Assembly: GCA_026025075.1 (NCBI GenBank) | Contig: JAPEUI010000034.1 | Span: 1-64,000 of the forward strand | Direction: 5' to 3' | Source: Vezdaea acicularis | Lineage: Eukaryota | Length of the DNA stretch: 64,000 nucleotides | Shown here: piece after piece, positions 35,919 through 47,626 of the stretch | How positions within the stretch are numbered: the first letter of the stretch is position 1 | Layout of the letters: every line of letters begins with the position of its first letter | The notes under the pieces: model-generated | What the model was told of the DNA's origin: nothing | What the model saw: the letters and a program-made list of their open reading frames with translations, nothing else | The model's database searches: none | Program-made: the position numbers and the translations under genes

Positions 35919-37479
35919 TTAGGCGGGCGCCGCTGAGGCGGTAGAAGGTTTTCTCTGTGCTTGCCCAGTGCTGACCTGACGGTTTTGCTCGGAAATGGCT
36001 TGATGCATCAAGCTCGGTTTTCTTGCGTAAGGGTCACGCTGACCTCCGGCAGGAAGAACTGCGTCGTATGATCCACCCAGGCCAGCAGTGTCTGAAGTTG
36101 GAATTGCTGAGCCTCTCTTGGCCCAGTCTCCAACATCAAAAATCCTAGGCTGCTGCGAAAGGATTTCTTTTACACGAATGATTTCGGCTTTTCGACGAGT
36201 TGGGATGAGGACACGACTTTCGAGCGGCCGCGGTCGATACCGTGCTAAAGCTGCCATAACTTGTTCTTTCTCATCATCCGAATCCACCGGACCTGAATTG
36301 AGATCCGCGTCATCCTGAAGCGGTGCATTTGCGTTTATTGCAGCTTCTATGGAGTTGTTAGCATTACACGTGTTGATAGGAATTGATAGAACCTGCTTTG
36401 CTGCTTTGCTTGGTTTTTCTTTTGATAAGCGTTTAACAGCATATCGTAAGGTAAAGAACGTCCTGGGACAGCTCGCTTTGCACCCATCGAGTGGCTCTTA
36501 CAGGTTAAAGAGCGTGCGCACTGGGCTCCGTTAGGTAATATCACACCACACTGCTTTTCAACATCGACAGGGCCTACATTTAAACGGTCAGTTAGGATAA
36601 TGAAGGAGTCCTAGAGGAATGTGCTGAACCTACCTTTGGGTTTAGGAACCTTGGGTTTCGGCTCCTCCTTCTTCTTCTTTAATTTCGGTGCCTTCTCGCT
36701 CTCAGCCTCAGCCTTTCGTTTCTTGCTCTTTTTGGGATCTTCTCCTTCTTTGACGGCACTCTTTTTCGCTACTTTGATCTTGTTGCTGGAGTCCCCTTCA
36801 CCTTCGTCCTTGCTAGCAGATTCGGTACCCTTCGAATCAGGATCGCCTTCGGGGTCCCTATCCTTGTCTTTTTCCTTGTCCTTGGAGCTACTCTTGTCTT
36901 TCACGTCCTTATCTTTTGCAGCCGTTTCCTTGGCATCTTTCTTCTTCTTAAGTTTCTCGGACTTCTGCTTTAGACAATTTGTGATATGCTCGCTCAAGTG
37001 AGACTTCAGAATGGGTCTACCGCAACTCTTACATTTGCTGTAATCTGGGGTATCTGTAAGGGGCTTCCCATTCAGAAAGGGTGCTTTATCTTTATCGTCT
37101 AGCTCCGTGAAGAGCTGAGATGTGATAGAGCTGTCGGAAGGAGAGTCTGCTTTCTTCTTGTCTAGGTAGCCATCAGTACTTAAGCTTAACACTACTGCCA
37201 CTGGCAAATTTATTAGGGATATGTACCGCCCGCATTATCGGTGTCCTTCGAGCCACCTGATTTGCTTTGCTTCGAAGGCTGTTTCTTGAGCTTGATTGTC
37301 CCACTAACGGTATCCTTCTTGGCAAATTTGTGAACTGATGGATTTATGAGCGGGCCGTCAGAGCCTGACACCACCGAAGAAACTACAATATGTAATGTCA
37401 GACTTGAAAGTAATCTGATAAACCGCAGTCTAGATCATTGGATTCTGCAGGAGTATTGACCTTTTGGATTCGACGCCAT
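35919..37479 (-). CDS. SGF73: SAGA deubiquitination-module subunit Sgf73/ataxin-7 (5 exons)
   Basis: [20 protein letters not shown] zinc finger; SCA7 domain [36 protein letters not shown]. Confidence 0.94.
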
Positions 37480-38651
37480 GATTCTACTTGTTGTGATCAA
37501 CCGCTTGAGGGTTCGAACTCTTCATGTAACCGCTTTCCGTGGACAAAGATAAGCAATTTAGTGACCTAAAGAAGATATCGAAGATATGCCTCGTCCGTGG
37601 CCTGCACGAAGCAAGAGCAGCTCATCCCCCGCATTCAAGATTCGGAGCCAGTCACTTCTTTCGGACCATGGCACCCCAGCCCGACGACTCACGTGATATA
37701 CCTTCAATCCAAAGAGCCCTTCGAGCCCACAATAAACGACGAGGAGCAGCGAGATATAAAACTAGATGGATAGCTTATAGCAAGTTACCTGATGTCGGAG
37801 GTACACTTCTCTTGCATAAATTGAGGTGTTTCACTACTCGTTCATCGCTCATCTCCCCGTCACGGGCAACTGATTGCCTCTCGCTCTCAGTCTTACGTGT
37901 AAGCGACAAGTCGATTTGACTATCATCACGCAAGCCGCAGCCCTGCCAGTTGCCAGTGTCCACCAACTCGACCCACGCACCACCGCTCCGAGCTTAATCG
38001 GCCATTCGAAGGTTCCGCATGCCAGCGATCTGGCGACGTCCACCCCGTTCCTGACGGCTTATTAGTGCGGAGCGGAAAGCACGCAAATCCCGGGTTTGCG
38101 ATCGGCGTGGGGACCGTCTGAGACGCTTCTCCTCTCGCTCGCCTCGTCGCCGCTTTTGAGGAGAAAGGGAATTTTCCCTTCCTTTTCCCTTTTCCTCTGC
38201 CCCAATTCGCGCGTGTGGCCTGAGCCACCCAGCACCCAGCACCCAGCACCCGAAGTCCTCACCCCGATCGAACCCAACAAAGCAGACACACCCGCTTGCC
38301 TGCTGCTGAGCATGCGCCTGTGTGATCGCGATCCATCCAGTGTTTTAGTATCGTGCCTGGTGCGTACCCTTCTTTTTTTGACCTCGGACCACCCCATCCC
38401 TCGTAGCCCCGTCACTCTGGTTGCGATGCTTTGCCTTTGGCTGTTGCTGCCACCGAGTCGCGCGTCTCTGCCTCTCGAGGCTAGCGCTGTTACCCCGTGC
38501 AGCCTCATTGCGATTTGGTGATTCTGTGCCCTTCCCGACCTGCCACTGACGTACCCTAGATCTTCGTGTGATATTATCGCGGTCGCGATATCAACGTAGG
38601 GCGCCTCTGGCCGCCTAGGGCGTGGCCAGCAAGGATAGGACCCTTCTCCTC

Positions 38652-41295
38652 ATGAGCATGACATCCCCTGCTCCTCTTCCCCCTTCATCGCATCCAACCA
38701 CTTTACCGACCCCACAGCAGCAGCAGCGCGTGAGCGAAGCGCATGAGCCTACTACACTGGGAGCGGTGGGCAATGGCCTGTCCACTGAGATGACGGATGT
38801 CGAGGGACAATCGAAGGATGCGATCGCTGAAGGAAAGCAGAAGGCGAAAGCTGTGCTTGCTGCCTCCGGTGTCCAGGTCGATGGCATTGTAGATAAGATG
38901 CCACCCTCGAAACAACCTAAGTTAGGTGCCTCAAAGCTTTCGCGGTCATCCTCGCCGTCGAAAACCAATGGGACGTCACATACGGGCAATGGCGCGTCAG
39001 AAAGTAGGAAACGGCCTCGTTCTGGTTCACGAACTATACCCCAAGGCGAGACCACCTCCCAAGATCGACCGCGACCCACAACACAGAAACTCCTTCTCGA
39101 ACAATACGTGACTAGGGACCAACTCCATACTGCGGCACTACACTCGCAGAACACAGCGCATATGGATCTGATTAGATCAAAGCGAAAAGATTTAGAACAC
39201 TATCAAGGACTTCGGAGAGAACGGCACACGAATGCCGCAGCTGTATTTGGGTACGGCTATGCGGGTTACGGCAACGGACATACTGATGGGAAGCCAAATG
39301 TGGTGTATCCTTTCCAGAGGAAACGACCCGGGAGTAGGAGGACTAGGGCTTTAAGGATACCCCGGAAGGAGATGTCAACACAAGCTGAGCAGGAGGAAGA
39401 ATTGATACCTGTGCGTCTCGATATCGACTGGGATAAAATAAAGCTGCGGGATACGTTCACCTGGAACCTTCACGACAGGGTTATCTCGCCAGATTTGTTC
39501 GCCGAACAGCTTGTCGAAGACTTCAAGATTCCACCCGAAGTGGCAAATTCTCTCCAGCAATCTGTCTCTCAGCAGGTGACTGAGCAGATCCAAGACTTCT
39601 ACCCCCAAGTCCTCACCGAAGAGGAAGCGCTTGACCCCAAACTTCCATACTCTGCTTACAAGGATGACGAGATGCGTATCCTCGTTAAGTTGAATATTAC
39701 AATTGGACAACATACATTGGTGGATCAATTTGAATGGGAGATCAACAATCCCTTGAATTCGCCAGAAGAGTTTGCGAGGCAAATGACTTGTGATTTGGCT
39801 CTATCCGGCGAATTTACAACTGCCATTGCTCATTGTATTCGAGAGCAAAGTCAGTTATTTACCCGAAGCCTATATATAACCGGACATCCCTTCGATGGAC
39901 GTCCTATTGAGGACTCCGACCTTAAAGCCGCCTTCCTTCCTTCTCCTCTTACCTCTGTTTTTCGACCATCACAACATGCAAAAGATTTTACTCCATACCT
40001 TTACGAGCTTAATGAGGTTGAGCTTGAAAGAGCCGAGACATCATTGTCAAGAGAGCAACGCCGGCAAAAGCGCTCTGTCAATCGCAGAGGCGGCCCTGCA
40101 CTACCAGATCTAAAGGATCGACAACGGACTGTGCGAACCTTGGTCGTGTCATCTGTTCTACCGGGATCTGCCGAAACTCCAGAGGAAAGCAGGCTATTTA
40201 AGCGGTCATCTGCAGCCGCAAATCGGTCTTCTAGGCGCGTTACTCGACCTGGTGACGAAGATTCCGAGGAATCTGAAAGCGACGATTCAAATCCAGCATC
40301 TCCAGCCATGTTGAATGTTGGGTCTGGGACGGCAAGGACGAGAAATATGCGGGGTGCGGCATCAGCAGCGCAGGCTGCCATGCGTGCAAACTACGGACGA
40401 TCAGCAACGCCGGAAGCAAGCATGAATTTACACCATCATGAAACGCGAATATCTGCCCGTCGCTTTGGAGGGCGTGATGCTCGAGAGGAGAGTAATGAGC
40501 CCCCATCTCTCCTTTTACGCCTCAAGCTACCCCGGGAACGATATCGTCAGTGGAATCGCGATCGTAAGGTGGCGCTCAAAGCCGCCCAGCAACAGCAACA
40601 GCAACATAACACGCCGTTCAGGTCCCCACAGCCTCAGCAAGGAGGTTCCGCGAGAGCATCTATGGGTCCACCACCCTCTACGCCTGGTTCTCAGAATCAA
40701 GCGCAAGCATCCGAACAATCAACAACATCTACAGGTCCTTCAACGGCTCAACAGGCGCAACAACAGTATGGTGCCGTGGAACTGGCAGGGCCCCCGCAGC
40801 CCGGTCAGCCAGGGGTGGGTCAAGCTTTTATTTACTCATATCCTTGGTGGAATTAGTATCCTTTCGCTTCTAGTCACCTTCACGTACTCGTAGTCCTGTG
40901 AAGACTCTCTTTTGCAATTTCACATCTGTCGTCATGTGTTGGCTCGCATATTGTGCATAGAGTTATCTAGCTAATGCTCACCTTGCCCACAGCCCCCTCC
41001 ACCCTCATGGCTCACCTCCAGACTTGCTGAGTTGAACCGGAACTATCCACGCGACATTTTTGAGGCTATGATGCGATATGCGCCTATTGACGCTACCACT
41101 GGTGATCCTATCCCTTCACACTCACAACATCCTCCCTCGAACATCAAACACCAGTACGTTCCCCGAATAAGATGTCATGACTGTCCTGGCAAGCTTTACG
41201 CGGCTGGGCCCGCCATGAGCGTGGAGAATTTCGAGGTCCATCTAAAGAATAGGAACCATCGTGAGAAGGTTGAAAAAAGGATTAGAGGGTATTGA
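38652..41295 (+). CDS. SNF5: SWI/SNF subunit Snf5 (2 exons; intron 40815-40992)
   Basis: Repeat domains LIPVRLDID..KLRDTFTWN and LVDQFEWEINNP..SPEEFA; C-terminal RCHDCPGK...HLKNRNH motif. Confidence 0.96.
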
Positions 41296-41777
41296 TTCAT
41301 TTATCTCATATTTCTGGCGATATGGAGCATATGTGTTCTGGGTAGAGCAGCATTTGTGGGAAAGCGGGTTAAACGGTGTTCGCCTCTCTCCACAACGTTG
41401 CCGCAGGCTGGCTGTACTATAGGGAATAACTGGAGGGTCATGACTTTCTTCTCGACCGGGCAGGATACTATAGGACAGCGCTAGCACTTGCCTCAACGGG
41501 CGAACATAGGCTTTTCGAGTCGAGAAACAGGATATTTGCCTGTTCCCTCTCGCTTCACTCCGCACGTGTTCCAACAATGTCCCATACCCAATATTGCATC
41601 GTACTGCAAGACTCGTGATCTCTTTCTCTTGTAATCCTTTGGGTTACCTTTTGGTCAAGCTTTTGTATTTCAAAAGCATCTCATACCAAGGTCAACTTGG
41701 TCGCTCATTTTCCTGTACTCTTGTAATTCCCACTCTAGTATCCTTTCGAAGACTACATCAACCCTACCCCGTTCACC

Positions 41778-43772
41778 ATGAATAAAGATTCTAGTGTACC
41801 GACTCCACTAGATGCTCCTTTGCCGGTTCGTAGGTCTAGCAAATCACGGGAGCAACTCAAGGCAGATGATTCGGGATCATATAGCTTCCAATTTACCACC
41901 CCCGGTATCAAGCCCAAGGGTCTTACTAATTCTACACGTACGACTTCACAAATTTTCCCACCTCGCTGCGCATCTTCTATTCGCGAGGAGATTGTTGAAC
42001 AAGATCACGAGGTAGCTACGTCGGACTACAATCATAGTCTCCCAAGCGTTTTGCGCCAAAGCCCTACTAAAGCTACTTCGAGAACAACAGCATTCTCTCC
42101 AATCTATCTCACGTCCTCTATTTGCCAGGAGATGGATGAGGAATACGACAGAGAAGCCAAAGGTATCCGCCTTGGCCTCCCTAGTGACTGGCTAAGAACT
42201 TCTATAAGAACCGCAAGGAACAGGCCTCAGCGCACCTCAGAGATTTATGGGGAGGAGGAACTAGAGGAATGGACGCATCAGCGCACCCCAGACATTTGCG
42301 AGGCAGACGTATCAAGACAGCAAATGGAAGAAGGTTGTATTAAGCCGGATGAGCTAAATACGGACCTCCTACAAGAGAGCCCTGCCAACTCTAGTATCAA
42401 CCCCCGCTTGAAGGCTCGTCCTAGTCCTAGACGATTTGGAAACTCAATAACAGACAACCCGGCCCACAATGAAATGATCCTAGCTTGGCAGCAAGGGGTC
42501 TTAGAGGACGTCTTCAGCTCCCGGAACGAAGAACCTCCTGCGACTGCATTACTAGCACGAGCTACAACCTTTGATAGCGCCATGAACAGGAGTGGTTTCC
42601 ATGGTGATTCTCAGGACGGCTCCACCCAGGATATTAAGTTCTCCTCGTTCCCGTATCCCGAATATGACTCAGAAGACGGCATGTCGGAGTCTGAATTCGT
42701 CTCCCATCTTCCAAAGTTCGAAGAACCTGAGCCGGAGCCTTCAATACCTGGTGGTCAACTTGCTCCCCCAAGTGTCCTCCCAAATTTGGACCGCCTCAAG
42801 CTGCGATGCCCCGAAGCGATAAATAGAGAAGATTCGTGGCTAGGATTCATCATCTCAACAGCAGCGGAAGACAGGGCAGCGTTTCGAAAGAAGAATACCT
42901 TCCCCTTTACTCAATTGCCGGAACATATACAATCTCGCATAATGTCCCTCTGCGTTCTTCGACCTACTCTGCGCCCTTACCACTACCGCCAATCAAAACA
43001 TTCTCTAGACGAAGATTCTGCGGCTCCTTATGTGAACATCCTCCTCCTCGATAAAAGTATTAATGGACGTGCTACTCAAATGCTTTACCAAGAAAATTGT
43101 TTTTTCTTCCACCGAGCAGGTGATCTCCGGAGCTTTCTCAGGTGCGTCGGCATGGAAAATCGTAGCTTGGTCAGACACATAGCAATTGGTATTACGCTTC
43201 GACTCACCCCCGCAATGTGTGATGGCGACCCGCTGATAGAGGAGCTCGCTATCCCAGTTACTGCTACAAATGAAGAGGAGTGCTTGAAGGAGATATTACC
43301 TATTTTTGCAGACGTCGACGATGACGACCTAGACGCCGCAGTGACGGAAATCCACAAAGAGGCCATATTTTGTTATGTAGGCGCCTGGTATGAAATCCTG
43401 GCCTTCTTGCTGCGCTATATTCCTCCTTGGTTCCAACAACTGCCAACATATAAAAGTTTAATTGAAATGAAAATGATCGAGGAAGTAGATATACTTTGCG
43501 GCTGGACGCGGAATCTTGAGACACTAGAACTTGACATCAGAAACGCCACATGCTTTAATGGCTGTCATGATATATCTACGAGCCTAAGGCCGCTAAGAGA
43601 AGTTGTAGGGTTGCTTGCTACGGAGAATATAGTATTTGTCTCAGTAGGGCTCGAAGGTGCAGAAATGATCGAGGCCGAGGCGAGTTCGTGGTTGTGCGAC
43701 GCAAAACGCAGCATAAAAGGTTTCAAGGTGGGGTCAAATGCCCAGAGAGGGGCGAGCCGGCCGATCAAATAG
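41778..43772 (+). CDS. Hypothetical protein: disordered N-terminal half plus F-box-like C-terminal domain
   Basis: 664-aa intronless ORF; FPFTQLPEHIQSRIMSL and ILLLDKSIN..A..MLYQENCFFF resemble fungal F-box-like domains. Confidence 0.75.
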   Translation: MNKDSSVPTPLDAPLPVRRSSKSREQLKADDSGSYSFQFTTPGIKPKGLTNSTRTTSQIFPPRCASSIREEIVEQDHEVATSDYNHSLPSVLRQSPTKATSRTTAFSPIYLTSSICQEMDEEYDREAKGIRLGLPSDWLRTSIRTARNRPQRTSEIYGEEELEEWTHQRTPDICEADVSRQQMEEGCIKPDELNTDLLQESPANSSINPRLKARPSPRRFGNSITDNPAHNEMILAWQQGVLEDVFSSRNEEPPATALLARATTFDSAMNRSGFHGDSQDGSTQDIKFSSFPYPEYDSEDGMSESEFVSHLPKFEEPEPEPSIPGGQLAPPSVLPNLDRLKLRCPEAINREDSWLGFIISTAAEDRAAFRKKNTFPFTQLPEHIQSRIMSLCVLRPTLRPYHYRQSKHSLDEDSAAPYVNILLLDKSINGRATQMLYQENCFFFHRAGDLRSFLRCVGMENRSLVRHIAIGITLRLTPAMCDGDPLIEELAIPVTATNEEECLKEILPIFADVDDDDLDAAVTEIHKEAIFCYVGAWYEILAFLLRYIPPWFQQLPTYKSLIEMKMIEEVDILCGWTRNLETLELDIRNATCFNGCHDISTSLRPLREVVGLLATENIVFVSVGLEGAEMIEAEASSWLCDAKRSIKGFKVGSNAQRGASRPIK

Positions 43773-43773
43773 A

Positions 43774-44826
43774 TTATACTTTCAGCGAAAGGTCTCCAAC
43801 AACGGCCCGATGGTCAGAACTGTATGTCCCATCCTCGAATCTACTTTCAAGTACAGCGTGATTCTGAGCAGTCCATGTGCTGCCATGACTGTCGATTCGG
43901 CTTATCTGTTCTCGAGGCCCTAAAAAAATAAAATCAATCCGCCTCTGACGCTCGCCTTCATGACCAAAGCCAGTATAAGTCTTTCTGTGGCCATACTGCT
44001 CTTGTTCGGGGATGAAATCAGCAAGATCTTGAATGCTCGACGTAGCTGCATTCAGCTCCCTGTAGGCTGTATCATTTATCTCACTATTCAAATCACCAGA
44101 GAGAAGTAGAGGCACTGGTCCCAATGGATCCCTTAAAACCTTGTCCGCCTGCCTCGAAATGATCTCTGCGGCCTTTATCCTACTCTGCTCTCCTTGGTCA
44201 TCCAGATGTGTGTTAAAAACAGCGACTGGCCTTCCCGTCTCCACACTAGCAAAGAGTCCCATGGTCAGAATTCTCTTGCTCGCAGCGTCCCAGCCTTTTG
44301 AAGGTATGTTTGGTGTCTCAGATAGCCAGATCGTGTTAGAGTCAAGAAGAGTCCAGGCCGAGGGACGATACAGAATTGGGCTATATTCACCGGCTTCAGC
44401 GCCATCATCCCGGCCGATGCCTATGTGCGCCCATTCAGTGTCGGCAGTAGAGCATGATTGGTTCATAGCAGATAGGATGTCGAGGAGCTGACAGTGAAGC
44501 ACTTCTTGTAAGCAGATGAAAGCGGTGGGAATGAAAGCTGTATGATAACGAAATTCAGAGATCATGAGCGGGAGGCGCATTGGCCAGGGTGCTTCCCCTT
44601 CGAATAGATCAGTAGTCGCATAGCGGATATTATGGGTCAAAATGCGTATAGGGAGGCGCACTCCAGTCCTTGTGCTGTTTAGCTGGTCGTTACTTCGGTT
44701 TGAGGTCTTATTCACATCTACCCTAGCGGAATTATCAATCTCATTGCACGTTACACAACGGCTTGGAGACAATCTGACTTACCGTACACTATTTTTCATA
44801 AGACTGAGCTGGATTTTCCGGGTCAT
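43774..44826 (-). CDS. Endonuclease/exonuclease/phosphatase (EEP) family protein (2 exons)
   Basis: THNIRY, ICLQEV, GRDDG..AGEYSPI, NTHLD, GDLNS, RIDFIF, SDH; first exon MTRKIQLSLMKNSVR with gtaagt donor at 44782. Confidence 0.93.
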
Positions 44827-45062
44827 ATCGCTCGGTGCATGCTCGAGAGGCGTACCGGCCACCCGATCTAATCATTCGATCGCCTATACTCGGAGTTTTG
44901 GAGATTGCCCCGCAACCAACCGCCGCACACGAGGTTTTCTACCCCACTACACTAGAATTCACTGTTCTTTGGTATATCCTTTCATTCCACGCAACCATTT
45001 GCCAAACAATTGGTTGTGTCGGAAATTCTGTCGTTTCTCGAATTTGAAATTTGTCCAGCGCG

Positions 45063-46705
45063 ATGGCTGAAACAAAGGAAATCGGTGAGCCTCTAATCCA
45101 GTGACCCGCGCGGATCGTCATATCTTCTGTTTTTGTGCAGTACTTATTATCCCTCGCGTGACCAATATATTATCATTTAATTGCAGGCGGTCTTTGAAGG
45201 CTATGAGTGGCATGACCTAACTACTTTATTCATATCAGACTACACTCTCGCCAATCCTGACACCCTCACCAAGTACAAAACAGCTGCACAAATATCGCAC
45301 AAGGCTTTGGAACATGTGACTGGTCTCTGCAAGGAGGGTGAGAAGATTGTCACGATATGTGAGCAAGGTGACAAGTATCTCGAAGCCGAGATTGCGAAGG
45401 TCTTCAAAGGCAAGAAGATTGAAAAAGGTTGGGCTAGTCTCCGGACCCTTGCAGCTTGTACACTCTTACATGGCGCCTAGGGATTTCACATCCAACTACC
45501 GTTTCACCTTCTTCGTTCATTACACCATATACCCCTCTTACTTCTGACGCTGAAGAAGCAGCAGTCACTCTCAAAACTGGAGATGTCATCAAGGTTCAAC
45601 TAGGTGCTCAAATCGATGGATTTGGCACCATCGTTTGTGATACTATTATCATCACGTCTAGCAAAGATGCAAAATTCGATGAAAAAGATTCAAATCTGTT
45701 ATTAGCTACATACTATGCTCACGAGCTTCTTTTAAGGCTTGTCATGCCACCTGGTCTTATGGCTTCGGGAACTGAAGAAGAGAAAAAAAAGGCCCAAGCT
45801 GCGAAGCCCATTACCCAATCTCGAATCACAAGTCTCATACAGAAAGCTGTTGAGAGCTACGGTTGCAGCATCGTAGAGAGTACTACATGCTGGCTCTTCG
45901 AACGCAACGAGATTGAGGGGAAGAAGCGCATCATTTTAGCTCCAGGGGAAGGTGCAAAAGGTGAAGGCATCCCGGAAGTTGGCGAAGTTTGGGGGTGAGT
46001 GCATTCAATCTTGATTTGGATGAATACGGTATTGAGTCGCGGTACATACAGACTCGAGATAGGAGTGAGTGTAGGAGCAGGAAAAGTCAAAACCCTCCCA
46101 AATCGCACAACTCTTCATCGTCGCACTACGACAACGTACAGCTTGAAACGTCCAAGCTCCAGGCAGATGTTTTCTGAAGTCAAGAAGAAGTTTGGATTTT
46201 TCCCCTTCAGCCTTCGGCAACTTGAGGACGAGAAGAATGCGAAGGTTGGAGTCGTTGAGTGCGTTCGGGGGAATGTTATGCGGCAGTATGAAGTAGTCGG
46301 TGATAAGGACGGTGCGAATGTTGGAAGGATTTTCAGCACAGTCGGTACGTGTATAACATTCCGTCCCTTCCCTATTACAAGACTTTGGAAGCGGTTCTCT
46401 ATATGATATGACCGTCGTACGCAACGGAGGCTCAGATCCAAGCGTCAACGTGAAGTATATCCGCTTACGCCTGCTCAGCTATCACAAAGAATGGTGTCAT
46501 CAAACTCAGTAATCCCCCGCCATTGGATTTATCAAGATGCTCGACCGATAAAAAGATCACCGATGAGGAGATCCTGAAAATACTTGAACAGCCATTATCA
46601 CGATCAACAGGGGCGAAGAAGAACAAAAAGAAGAAGAAGCCAGCCAAGAAGGTGGCAGCGGCCGCGGAAGAAGAGGACGATGAAGAAAGCAGCGACGACG
46701 AGTAA
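45063..46705 (+). CDS. CDB4: Curved DNA-binding protein / PA2G4 (Ebp1)-like M24-fold protein (5 exons)
   Basis: DYTLANPDTLTKYKTAAQIS, GISHPTTVSP, QLGAQIDGFG, FGFFPFSLRQL, basic and acidic tail. Confidence 0.93.
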
Positions 46706-47626
46706 TACTTCTGTGGGAGTGTGAAAGCTAAAGCAGCTGACGTTGGAAAGCCTCGTGCTAGCGACCAAAGGCATGCTCATTGAGTACCAGCGTTAGCTAG
46801 AAGCTGGCTGGCCTTTCAGTCGCAAACTTGTGCGACTTCTGGTCTGCATTCTATAGAAGACCAAGTTACCTTGCAATGACCTTCCCAAATGCACTCTCTG
46901 TTCACTGAATCACCTACATATATATATAACACGTGAGAGCTTACAAGTATGGTGAATACATCGTGATACTGTTCAGGAAGCGTTGGCTCAGGGGCTAGAT
47001 CTGAGGATTGACGCACTTGCGACAAGTCCTGTAAATTTTTTCCAAGACGTTTTTGGGCCTTCACTTCGAGTCAGGTGTTGTTCACCGCTGCAGCGACTGC
47101 TCTTTTGGTAGCGTTGCCCTATTCGAGGAGGTTGGCGCACATTCTCCTCGCATCACTTTCTAGGTTGTGAACCCCTCAATTCTCCCCGTGTCCAACCAAG
47201 CCCATGTGTTGACTCCTTAAATGTGAACTCTATAAGACATTGCACAGACTTTTCAACTCAAAGATTCTTATCACAAGGAAAGCTATTACAGTTTTCTTAC
47301 TCTCAACTTTGGGTGGCGACTGCAGATAGGACTGGGGTCGGCAGGGTAGGCCCGCCTGGTGCGTTGGGGCATTGAACTCATCCCCTTCCTCGCTTCGCCG
47401 GCTCGCTTTTCTTCTTCCGTCGCCGCCATCCTACAATCCAAACCCTCATTCAACCCCCCGAAAATCACGACACACGGTCGTGATCGGACGAGACAACTTC
47501 CCAAGTAGAGGTCTAACCGCTAATAAAGCTCTTCGTAACGTTTACACCTCCATTTTCGCGTGCTTATAGCTAACACGAGGCAGTGATAAGCCGCGCTTTC
47601 GCAGAGGCTTGCGAGCCTTTGCCATC

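Noticed and set aside
37505..37525. GGTTCGAACTC B-box / tRNA T-loop-like motif
   Set aside because: No cloverleaf or proper T-stem, and it lies 30 bp upstream of the SGF73 ATG; at most an isolated TFIIIC-like site
38228..38251. CCCAGCA x3 repeat upstream of SNF5
   Set aside because: Short slippage repeat with no evidence of function
38622..38651. GTG-initiated N-terminal extension of Snf5 in the ORF track
   Set aside because: Product of the ORF caller allowing alternative starts; only 10 codons with a stop just upstream, and an ATG is available at 38652
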